Shown: piece by piece, positions 10,001 to 33,929 of the stretch
How positions within the stretch are numbered: the first letter of the stretch is position 1
Layout of the letters: each line of letters begins with the position of its first letter
Assembly: GCF_009914755.1 (NCBI RefSeq)
Contig: NC_060931.1
Reading direction: 5' to 3' (one strand)
Origin: the human T2T-CHM13v2.0 reference genome, Homo sapiens
Length of the DNA stretch: 64,000 nucleotides
Position numbers and translations under genes: made by a program
Notes under the pieces: model-generated
Databases searched by the model: none
The model's input: only the letters and a program-made list of their open reading frames with translations
Told to the model about the DNA's origin: nothing

Positions 10001-13000
10001 AGCCGAGTGTTAGTGGGGGGACTCCGGGCACACGTACCCTACATCTTAGAGGTGCAGGCTGTTAATGGGGTGTCTGAGCTCAGCCCTGACCCTCCTCAGG
10101 CTGCAGCCATCAATGTCAGCACCAGCCATGAAGGTGAGCTCTTTTCCTTGGCCTTCAGGATCCCCTGCCTCCGCTCCTTTGAGCCCCCTTCCCTACTCCT
10201 GATCTCCAGCCTGGTCCACCCCTGCCGCCCTCCCCTCAAGGCTGATCCTGCTCCCAGGGACTCCTATCCCCATAATAATTTTCCTTTTGCACTCTAGTGC
10301 CCTCTGCTGTCCCTGTGGTGCACCAGGTGAGCCGGGCATCCAACAGCATCACGGTGTCCTGGCCGCAGCCCGACCAGACCAATGGGAACATCCTGGACTA
10401 TCAGCTCCGCTACTATGACCAGGTGCGCAGGAGGAGTGGGGGTTCCGCAGTAGGGCTGGTAGGAGCTCATAGGCCTCACAGTGGGGCCCAGAGGTGACCA
10501 GGTGCACAGGAGGAATGAGGGGTCCGCAACAGGGCTGGCAGGAGCTCACAGTCCCCACAGTAGGGGCCAGAGGCTGAATGGGCAAGGAGAGGTGCCCAGA
10601 AGTGTGCAGCACTGGGCATGTGTCTGAGAGCCCTGTCAACCAGGGAGGGTGGCTGGGGGCCTTAGGGGCAGAAGCAGGGGCAAGAGGGGGCCAGGCAGGG
10701 AGTGAGTGGCTGTTACCCCCAGGCAGAAGACGAATCCCACTCCTTCACCCTGACCAGCGAGACCAACACTGCCACCGTGACACAGCTGAGCCCTGGCCAC
10801 ATCTATGGTTTCCAGGTGCGGGCCCGGACTGCTGCCGGCCACGGCCCCTACGGGGGCAAAGTCTATTTCCAGACACTTCCTCAAGGTGAGCGGGGGTCAA
10901 GGGCCAGATGGGCAGGTGAAGGCCCAAGTGGGTAGTGAGGAGAGGCCCAGGGACTGTCCGGCCTTGAACCCTGGCCCCGTGCTTCCCAACCAGAAGTTCT
11001 GTGGGAAAGGAGAGTGCCTTTTGCTCAGCAGCTGACCTAGGGGCTACTCGGGGAGGTGGGGAATTGTAGGGGTATGTATGCATGTTGAGTGTGGATATAG
11101 GAGGGCTGTGGGGATGTGTGTGTGTGTTGTGTGTCCCTGGGTGTGGATGTGGGAGGGCTGTGGGCGTGTGTGTGTGTTGTGTGTCCCTGTGTGTGGATGT
11201 GGAGGGCTGTGGGGATGTGTGTGTGTGTTGTGTGTCCCTGTGTGTGGATGTGGGAGGGCTGTGGGCGTGTGTGTGTGTTGTGTGTCCCTGTGCATGGATG
11301 TGGGAGGTTTGGGGCATGCGCGTGCATGTTGTGTGTGCCTGTGGTGTGTGTGGGTGCCTGGGCACATGAACAAGCACCTGTGAGAGACCTGGCCCACCTG
11401 TGACCCTGTCGGCTGGTCCCCCAGGGGAGCTGTCTTCCCAGCTTCCGGAAAGACTCTCCTTGGTGATCGGCTCCATCCTGGGGGCTTTGGCCTTCCTCCT
11501 GCTGGCAGCCATCACCGTGCTGGCGGTCGTCTTCCAGCGGTGAGTCCCCACCCCTGCCCAACTCTGCCCAGCACCATTAACTCCACAGCCAAACCTCAAG
11601 TCCTGCCAAGTCTGGAGCCCCCTGCAGAAACCTCACACTGGTGCTCCTCCCGTCAGCCAGCCCCTGCCCTGGGCCCCACGTGGAGATGGGCAGGAGGGCC
11701 AGGCTGTCGTCCCCCCTCCACAGACCGACTAAAGAGCAGTCTGGAGGGTGACAAGGGGGCAGCAAGGGGGTGGAAATGGGAGCGTCATCCCCAGTCACCG
11801 TTTTGTTCCTCAGGAAGCGGCGTGGGACTGGCTACACGGAGCAGCTGCAGCAATACAGCAGCCCAGGTGGGGATGAGGAGAGGAAATGGGTGGGGCTGGG
11901 GAACACATGGGTGGGGCACATGGCAGGCAAGGCTGGATCCCCCCAAGATTGGGGGAGCTCCTTGGCACAACCTTCTGGAGGTAAGTGGGCATGTCTGGGG
12001 TGCGCGGGCAGCCCTGCCTTTCACAACACGCTCATAACATACTCCACACCCCTCCAGGACTCGGGGTGAAGTATTACATCGACCCCTCCACCTACGAGGA
12101 CCCCTGTCAGGCCATCCGAGAACTTGCCCGGGAAGTCGATCCTGCTTATATCAAGATTGAGGAGGTCATTGGGACAGGTACAGCAGGGCCAAAGCAGGGA
12201 TCAGAGCGACGGGGCTCCCTTGTGGCCTCCGCTGGCCAGAGTCCCATCCAAACACAGCAGGACGCTGTGAGCCTTGATCCCCACCCCAACCTACACCTAT
12301 TTTCCCAGGCTCTTTTGGAGAAGTGCGCCAGGGCCGCCTGCAGCCACGGGGACGGAGGGAGCAGACTGTGGCCATCCAGGCCCTGTGGGCCGGGGGCGCC
12401 GAAAGCCTGCAGATGACCTTCCTGGGCCGGGCCGCAGTGCTGGGTCAGTTCCAGCACCCCAACATCCTGCGGCTGGAGGGCGTGGTCACCAAGAGCCGAC
12501 CCCTCATGGTGCTGACGGAGTTCATGGAGCTTGGCCCCCTGGACAGCTTCCTCAGGGTCAGTCCAGCCTGGGTGAAGGAGGAGGGTCCTTGGGTCCAGGA
12601 AAGCTTCCAGGAGACGAGGTCCTGTATCTTTGCTTCTTACCACCCCACCTTCCATGGTCTCCGTCCTTCCTTCCCAGCCATTTTCTGATTCGACACCCTC
12701 CCCCTCTCATGCTGTTGTCTGCTGTGCAGTATGTTGAGGTCTCCCCGTCTCCGATCACTGACCTCTGCCCCCTGCCCCTTCCCCTCAGCAGCGGGAGGGC
12801 CAGTTCAGCAGCCTGCAGCTGGTGGCCATGCAGCGGGGAGTGGCTGCTGCCATGCAGTACCTGTCCAGCTTTGCCTTCGTCCATCGCTCGCTGTCTGCCC
12901 ACAGCGTGCTGGTGAATAGCCACTTGGTGTGCAAGGTGGCCCGTCTTGGCCACAGTCCTCAGGTGAGAGCACAGCCTTGGGGACACAGCCTGGGGCCTTG

Positions 13001-14719
13001 TGGCATGCCCCAGCAGGTGCTGGGGTCGGGGGTGAGCTGGAATCTGGGGTAGGTACCTCAGCCGGGGTGTCATAGTCCCTGAAAGGAGGGAGGCTCTCCT
13101 GTGTGATGGGGAGATGAAAGCCTAGGCGACGGGGTTTGAGGGATTTCAGGGACCGAGACAAAGGGGATGAGGGAGGGGAGGAGACCTGCAACAATCTAGA
13201 ACTACCTCCTGCCCTTCCCCCATTGTGGAGATTACACAGACTCCAGAGTCAGCACAGCTGGGTACAAATTCTTAACACTCTGCTCTCCAGCTCTGTGACC
13301 TTGGACAAGTTCACTTTCTCTAAGCTTCACCTTCTGCTTCTGTGAAATGGAGATAATATCATCCACCTTGGAGGGTTGTTATGAGGATTAAATGAGATGC
13401 TTGATGTAAAACCCTTAACATATCTGAGCACATAGTAGTTGCTCCATAAACGTGACTATTGCTTCTGCTTCTGTGAAATGGAGATGATATCATCCACCTT
13501 AGAGGGTTGTTATGAGGATTAAATGAGATGCTTGATGTAAAACCCTTGGCATATCTGAGCACATAGTAGTTGCTCAATAAACGTGACTATTACTATGATT
13601 ATTACTATTTGCTTTTGACTTTACCCCTCAGGGCCCAAGTTGTTTGCTTCGCTGGGCAGCCCCAGAGGTCATTGCACATGGAAAGCATACAACATCCAGT
13701 GATGTCTGGAGCTTTGGGATACTCATGTGGGAAGTGATGAGTTATGGAGAACGGCCTTACTGGGACATGAGTGAGCAGGAGGTGAGCACTGACCTAGACA
13801 CTGCTGATTTCCCACCCCGATCCCTCCCAGGTTGGAACATTCTAGGACCTCCATTCTCTACTCCGTTTGTATTCTAAGATCTCATGGCTGTTGGATTGCC
13901 ATATCTTTGAGTTCCTTCTCCACTCCAACCTCATGCTCCACCAGATTCCAGCCCACCCTCTTACCCAACAAAGTACTCCCCTCTACTAACAAAACTTCCC
14001 ATCATCATAGTCTTCCTCTGACCCCCAGGTACTAAATGCAATAGAGCAGGAGTTCCGGCTGCCCCCGCCTCCAGGCTGTCCTCCTGGATTACATCTACTT
14101 ATGTTGGACACTTGGCAGAAGGACCGTGCCCGGCGGCCTCATTTTGACCAGCTGGTGGCTGCATTTGACAAGATGATCCGCAAGCCAGATACCCTGCAGG
14201 CTGGCGGGGACCCAGGGGAAAGGTCTGGAGCTTGGGGCTAGAGCCTGGGAAAGCCAGGGAGGGTAGATGCAAACCTAAAGAAAACTGAGGAGAGGGGCTA
14301 AGATGAAGAGGAGACCTTGACCCTGCTTGCCCCTCCCCTCTTAGGCCTTCCCAGGCCCTTCTGACCCCTGTGGCCCTGGACTTTCCTTGTCTGGACTCAC
14401 CCCAGGCCTGGCTTTCAGCCATTGGACTGGAGTGCTACCAGGACAACTTCTCCAAGTTTGGCCTCTGTACCTTCAGTGATGTGGCTCAGCTCAGCCTAGA
14501 GTAAGCAGGGAGTGGTGGGGTGGGGGCGAATGCTCCAGGCCCCTGGCTGGGGGTCGTATTGGGGATCTCGGAGAAGCTGGCCCAGATTTGATCCCTTCCC
14601 TCCCCACCAGAGACCTGCCTGCCCTGGGCATCACCCTGGCTGGCCACCAGAAGAAGCTGCTGCACCACATCCAGCTCCTTCAGCAACACCTGAGGCAGCA
14701 GGGCTCAGTGGAGGTCTGA
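7048..14719 (+). CDS. EPHB6: Ephrin type-B receptor 6 (pseudokinase), 1021 aa. join(7048-7147,7451-7515,7786-8566,9292-9447,9777-10133,10298-10422,10723-10885,11425-11539,11814-11866,12058-12177,12309-12556,12789-12962,13632-13781,14029-14222,14345-14500,14611-14719)
   Basis: All introns are GT-AG and exon lengths sum to 3066 nt (1021 aa + TGA). The protein starts [39 protein letters not shown]. It has an Eph ligand-binding domain with poly-Ser, a Cys-rich region, two FN3 domains, a TM segment ([27 protein letters not shown]), juxtamembrane [11 protein letters not shown], a kinase fold with degenerate VAIQ/HRS/RLG motifs, a SAM domain and a C-terminal SVEV PDZ ligand. Confidence 0.98.
8116..8148 (+). 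repeat. Coding (TCC)7-TCY repeat encoding Ser11 in the EPHB6 ligand-binding domain
   Basis: TCC x7 followed by TCT TCT TCC TCT. Confidence 0.95.
10416..10573 (+). repeat. 79-bp diverged tandem duplication spanning an EPHB6 splice donor
   Basis: tgaccaggtgcgcaggagga...cccagagg (10416-10494) versus tgaccaggtgcacaggagga...gccagagg (10495-10573). Confidence 0.9.
11088..11355 (+). repeat. ~50-bp GT-rich intronic minisatellite, ~4-5 copies
   Basis: Unit gtgtggatgtgggagggctgtgggcgtgtgtgtgtgttgtgtgtccctgt recurs at about 11141, 11191 and 11242. Confidence 0.9.
13240..13591 (+). mobile_element. MIR SINE with a 131-bp tandem duplication of its 3' part (13331-13461 / 13462-13591)
   Basis: MIR core (ctgtgaccttggacaagtt...ctgtgaaatggagataat...gttgttatgaggattaaatgaga). 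The two copies differ at 5 positions. Confidence 0.9.
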
Positions 14720-14882
14720 GAATGACGATACCCGTGACTCAGCCCTGGACACTGGTCCGAGAAGGGACATGTGGGACGTGAGCCGGGCTCCAACAGCCTC
14801 TGTGAGAGATGCCCCACACCAAACCCAACCCTCCCGATGGCTGCATTCCCTGGTCCTCCGCCTCTCCACCAGCCCCCTCCTC

Positions 14883-14888
14883 ATTAAA
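14883..14888 (+). terminator. EPHB6 polyadenylation signal (ATTAAA)
   Basis: ATTAAA about 165 nt after the stop codon, followed ~20 nt later by a GT-rich element (gtttggtgtggtg). Confidence 0.85.
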
Positions 14889-15039
14889 GGGAAAGAAGGG
14901 AATTTGCAAGTTTGGTGTGGTGAGGCCTCAGTCTGCAACAAAGGGTGAGGGAGGCCTCAACGTAGGAGCAGAGGGGTGGGGCCGGCAGATGGCACTGCAG
15001 AGATGCAGAAGGGCAGCTGGGCAGGGATCCGAAAACGAC

Positions 15040-15045
15040 TTTATT
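15040..15045 (-). terminator. TRPV6 polyadenylation signal (AATAAA on -)
   Basis: tttatt on + about 480 nt beyond the TRPV6 stop codon. Confidence 0.85.
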
Positions 15046-15521
15046 GAAGATGGAGTTGGCAAGACCTAGCCCCACTTCCCACCCCCAGAGCCGTTCCTGT
15101 CTCCCTCACTCACACGCTTTCCACAAGCTCTGCACTTCCCTGCACCTGCCTGGGTGCCCTGGGAAGGGCTCTCTCCCCACTTATGACCCTGGGGTGGAGA
15201 CCGAGCGCCCAAGCAGGCTGGCCTGTTTTTAAAGTGCTCTGACATGCAGTGCTCCTGTCGGAAGGGTGATGAGCAGGCCACAGGAGAGTTCCTCACGCCC
15301 TGCCAGCCCCGTGCTTGGGCTGGGCTTCCTCTGCCCCAGAGCTGAAGGAGTAATGCAGGCCTGGAGCAGTGATTCTCAACGTACATTCCTTGGCGTTCAT
15401 GCTACTCCTCTTTCTCCCCTGGGGCCTGGGAGATGAGACCTCTGGGTGTTTGGTTTTTGTTTTGTTTGATGCACCCAGGAAAATGAGAGCAAGTTCCAGG
15501 AAGCGAAGTGAGAACACGCAG

Positions 15522-29635
<14,114 letters not shown>

Positions 29636-30084
29636 TTACCTGAGATTTAAAGACACAGGCCAGCCACAGACCTGCCTACCAAGGGGGACTTGTGCCAACT
29701 CCAATTCTTTCTCCACCCAGGGCTCTCTCCCTGCCCCCAGGCCAGTCACAACCAGGGAGGCCTTCAGAAAGACTGGCGAGGCCTCCCTTGGACGTCAGAA
29801 CACCCAGTGACCTACCCTGAGAGACTCTAGGCAGTGAGAAAGGAGGGGAGGAGTCAGGGCAGGCCCATTCCCAATGTTGAGGACTCCCAGGAGGGAGCGC
29901 CACACTTTCCCACAGTGCCTCTTCTGCCGACCACCTGCCTCACTCTCTGCCTCCCCCTGCTTATGTCCTGGAGAATTCCATTTTCTGGACTCTTCCAGTT
30001 TCATTCTTGCCAGGCCTGAAATAGGTATATAAATTGCGAAGATTCTCAGTTCTCCCAGACTTTCCTCTCAGTCCCCATCACCTT

Positions 30085-30410
30085 TGGGTCAGCAAACTTT
30101 TTCTGGAAGGGCTGATAGGAAATGTAAAGATGTTAGGTTTTGCAAGCCATGTACACTCTCTAATGTACGTTATTCTTTGGTTTTGTTTTGGTGGTTGTTT
30201 TCTAACCACCCCCAAAGATGTAAAATGCATTCTTCGCTCACCAGCCAGGGCACAAAATCTAGCTCTGGGCAGACCCCCTGCTCGGGAGCTCCACAGACTG
30301 TCCACAATGCCCCGTGCATGGGGTGGGTGCCCGATAAAATACAGGACACGTGGTCAAATTTGAATTTTAGATAAACAACAAAGAATTTTTTAGTATAAAT
30401 ATACCCCACG
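30085..30410. mobile_element. MER58B-like element (~30085-30290) followed by a MER53 half element (~30322-30410)
   Basis: ggtcagcaaactttttctggaagggc...aaagatgtaaaatgcattcttcgctc, then gataaaatacaggacacgtggtcaaatttgaattttagataaacaac. Confidence 0.7.
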
Positions 30411-30807
30411 TTTTGCAAGTATTCTATCTGCCAGCCTTCCCGTGGAGGTGACATTCAGCTGCTACTGTGTGCTGGGCCTTTTAACTGAGCGTTCCCAGGT
30501 AAACTCGTAACAAACCTGCAAGGCAGGTATTATTATCTACATTGTATTGATGGGAGAAACCAAAGCTCACCATGGTAAAGGAACTCTCCCAAGGCCATAG
30601 AGGTGGCAGAGGCAAGATTCACACCCATCCCTCATTCCAAGCCCACTTCTTTCTCCCTAGCACACCTCCTCATTCTAACTGGCCAACAGAGCTTCAGAGA
30701 GGTTAAGTGACTCGCACAGTCATACAGAAGAATGATGGCATTAAGCATGGCCCATCGTCTTCCCACAACAAAGAGCTCCATCATGAGCTTGCTGGAAGCT
30801 GTCGGAA

Positions 30808-30822
30808 AGGTCATTTAGTTCA
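30808..30822 (+). promoter_or_regulatory. DR3 vitamin D response element (~-1.2 kb of TRPV6)
   Basis: AGGTCA ttt AGTTCA, a near-perfect VDR/RXR DR3. TRPV6 is an established 1,25(OH)2D3 target with multiple upstream VDREs. Confidence 0.85.
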
Positions 30823-31006
30823 ACTTTTCCACTGGAAAGGGGCAGAAGCCCGGGCTTATCCAACCTCCTGGTGCCAGCCAGGTGCCAATAGCCTAGGGGC
30901 AGGTGTCTGGGTGTTCAGAGTCACAGGTGTGTGGATCACTTCCTAGCTTCAGAGTCTGTTTTGTCCTAACTTTCTCTGACTCAGAGTTGGAAGACCCAGC
31001 CAGGGG

Positions 31007-31500
31007 AGTGTGTGTGTGGCGTGTGTATGGCGTGTGTGCCCATGTGCATTTGTGTGTGGTGTTTATGTGTGTGTTCATGATGTGCATCGGTGGGGTGTTT
31101 TGTGTGTGGTATGCTGTATGTATATGATGTGCCTGTGGTGTGTTTGGTATGTGTCTACGTGTGTATGATATATGTGATATGTGTAGGTATGGCCTGTAGA
31201 GCGTGTGGATGTGGTGTCTGTGATGGTATGTGTGACATGTGTGTTGTGTATATACGTATTGTGGAAAGATTGTTGCATGTGTGTTGTGTGTATGGTGTGT
31301 AGTGGGTGATGTATATGGTACCTTTAAGGTATGTGTGCGTGTACATGATGTGTGTGTGTGTGTGTGTGGTGTATAGTATTCATGATTTGTGTAGTGTATG
31401 GTGGGTTTACTATGTGTGTATGTATGGTGTGTGTTGTGTGTGTATGTATGTCATGGGGTGTGTGTCATATGTGCTGTGTGTGGGGGGAGTCGGTGTGTGG
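31007..31500 (+). repeat. Degenerate TG-rich low-complexity array
   Basis: About 500 bp of imperfect (TG)n/(TGTA)n between two VDREs. Confidence 0.9.
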
Positions 31501-31644
31501 AGGGAGGTGGATGCTGAGGTAGGGCAGGGGAGAGAAGGACCCCTTCAAGTGGAAAGCTATTTGTGTTCCTGCCGCTGGGCAGAGGCCAGGCCACGCAGTC
31601 CTGAGCAAACAGTTCAATTGGATTAGCTTCGTCCCCACCCACCT

Positions 31645-31659
31645 GGGTCAGTGGGTTCG
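31645..31659 (+). promoter_or_regulatory. DR3 VDRE (~-2.1 kb of TRPV6)
   Basis: GGGTCA gtg GGTTCG. Confidence 0.8.
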
Positions 31660-31694
31660 GGCTGGGTTGGGGGAAGGTGCTAGAACCCAAACCT

Positions 31695-31709
31695 TGAACC
31701 CCAAGACCT
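31695..31709 (-). promoter_or_regulatory. Second DR3 VDRE-like motif in the -2.1 kb region
   Basis: Reverse complement reads AGGTCT tgg GGTTCA. Confidence 0.6.
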
Positions 31710-32087
31710 TTGTGCCCATTAAGCCAGTGGTTTGTCGCTTCAAAGACCTATTTAGCTTCAAAGACCCCAGTTTAGTGTCTGGTGGGGAAGGAGAGAAAGC
31801 AATGAGGCCTTCGTTACGCTGGGGAGGGAGGCTGGGGGAGGGAGGCTTTGGGAGGGAGACTTAGGGAGGGAGGAGGATAGGAGGAGGACAAAGTTGTTTT
31901 CCAATGCTCTTCCTCTTCCTCAGCCTCCTCCACCTGGTGTTGTGCATGGATCAGCCAACAGACTCAAAATTGGGGTGTCCGGATGGGAGGGGAGGACAAG
32001 TTTGCAGGATATAAGCTTCTGGCTGCAATGTTCTCTTGGTCTTTGGACCTAACATCGTATCAGTAAGGGAAGGTGGCCCTAGGGTAG

Positions 32088-32442
<355 letters not shown>

Positions 32443-33043
32443 TCAGTCTCACATCTTAAACCTGCATCCCATATTGCTTGTTTCCAGGGGACAGGAAGGA
32501 TGCCGTGGACCTCCTTCTCCCTTGAGACTAGCACAGCCCCCTCTGTGCCACTCCACCCCAGGGCAGCACCTCCTGACATGGGAGGAATCGGTTCTGTAAC
32601 CCACAGTCAAGGAGTGGGCATGCCCAGGAGGCTGTGAGTTTTGGGGTGAAGGTGGTGAGGGGGAGACTGGAGATCCTGGGAGAGCACTCACGGGGCTGGC
32701 CTCTCCCGGTTCCCTTTCCCAGGCTCCAAAAATAATAAGACTTGTGTGACTTCTGAGTGAGTCGCTCTTCCTCTCAATGATTTTATCCATAATGATGAGT
32801 GCATGGCCTGACCTCTTTTCTGCCCTCGTGGTGGCCTCTGACCAAGCCCTGAAGAGAACCGAAGGGGTCAGGAGCCAAGAGAGGGGGAGGACAGGACTGG
32901 AGCAGGCAACCTGGGGACCAGGTGGTTAAACCAGTCCTCCCTGCCTGGGGCTGAGCCTCAAATGCTAAGTGAAAGTGAGGTCCTCAGGCTTCCCTGGGGG
33001 CCCCAGGGCAGAGTGTCAGAGCCTCCTCTGACGGCCCCTGAGA

Positions 33044-33058
33044 GGGGCAGAGAGGTCA
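33044..33058 (+). promoter_or_regulatory. DR3 VDRE-like motif (~-3.5 kb of TRPV6)
   Basis: GGGGCA gag AGGTCA. Confidence 0.65.
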
Positions 33059-33133
33059 CAGTTACACAGTCCTGAGCTGGAGGCACAGGAGCTCTTTGGA
33101 GCTCCTGTGCCCCCGATGTTTCCGCATTTGGGG

Positions 33134-33363
33134 CACAATTTCTCGACCCCGGCACTATTGATATTTCGGAACAAATAATTCTTTTCTGCAAGGGCTGTCC
33201 TAGGCATTGTAGGAAGTTTAGCAGCATCCGAGCCTCCACTCACTGGGTGACAGTAGCATGTCCCTCCCCTCCATTGTGACCACCAAGGAATGTCTTTACA
33301 CGCTGCTCATGAATGTCTTTACACGCTGACATTGGCAAAATCATTCTCCATTGAGAACCACTG
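33134..33363 (+). mobile_element. MER20 hAT-Charlie element
   Basis: ttctcgaccccggcactattgatattt...gggctgtcctaggcattgtaggaagtttagcagcatcc...ttgagaaccactg. Contains an internal 18-bp duplication, gaatgtctttacacgctg. Confidence 0.85.
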
Positions 33364-33522
33364 ATTTAGAGCCAGAAAAGTATATGTATAGTTTTTTTCT
33401 GGCTTTGTCACTTTTTATTTGTCCTATGTCTTTCTATGTTTCGCTCAAGTTTTTCCTCTTACTGCCTCTGTCACTGTGCAATAGTATCTCTGCTCCCTTG
33501 CTCTTAGTCTCTGTGGTGAGGG

Positions 33523-33720
33523 GTGTGTGTGTGTGTGTGTGTGTGTGTAGTGTGTGTGTACATGCATTGCCTGTGTGTGGTATTTTGGGGGTGTACTGGT
33601 GTATTTCTATAGTGTGTGTGGTATTTTGGGGGTGTATTGGTGTATTTCTATAGTGTGTGTGGTATTTTGGGGGTGTATTGGTCTATTTGTATAGTGTGTG
33701 TGGTATATGTGTTGTGGTAT
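33523..33720 (+). repeat. (TG)n microsatellite plus 41-bp tandem repeat x3
   Basis: Unit tgtgtgtggtattttgggggtgtattggtgtatttctatag at 33572, 33613 and 33654. Confidence 0.9.
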
Positions 33721-33811
33721 GTCAAGTGTCAGTGTGTGGCCTGTGGCAGTGTCCCCTGGCCTCTTGGAGGGCGTGTCCTTGCTCTCTGCTCATGAGGGAT
33801 GGAACCAGCAA

Positions 33812-33877
33812 GGGGTAGTGAGGTCAAAAGCATTGCTTACTCACTCAGCTTGGAGTTTGTTCCAGTCACTGGGTTCA
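33812..33877 (+). promoter_or_regulatory. Paired DR3 VDREs (~-4.3 kb of TRPV6)
   Basis: GGGGTA gtg AGGTCA (33812-33826) and CAGTCA ctg GGTTCA (33863-33877). Confidence 0.75.
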
Positions 33878-33929
33878 CCAGCCGTGCGCCAACTCATAAA
33901 GCCTGCAAAGGAGCCCATGACAGTTAGTG

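Noticed and set aside
10745-11599. 284-aa and related ORFs across the GT-rich minisatellite
   Set aside because: Open only because of the repeat's composition.
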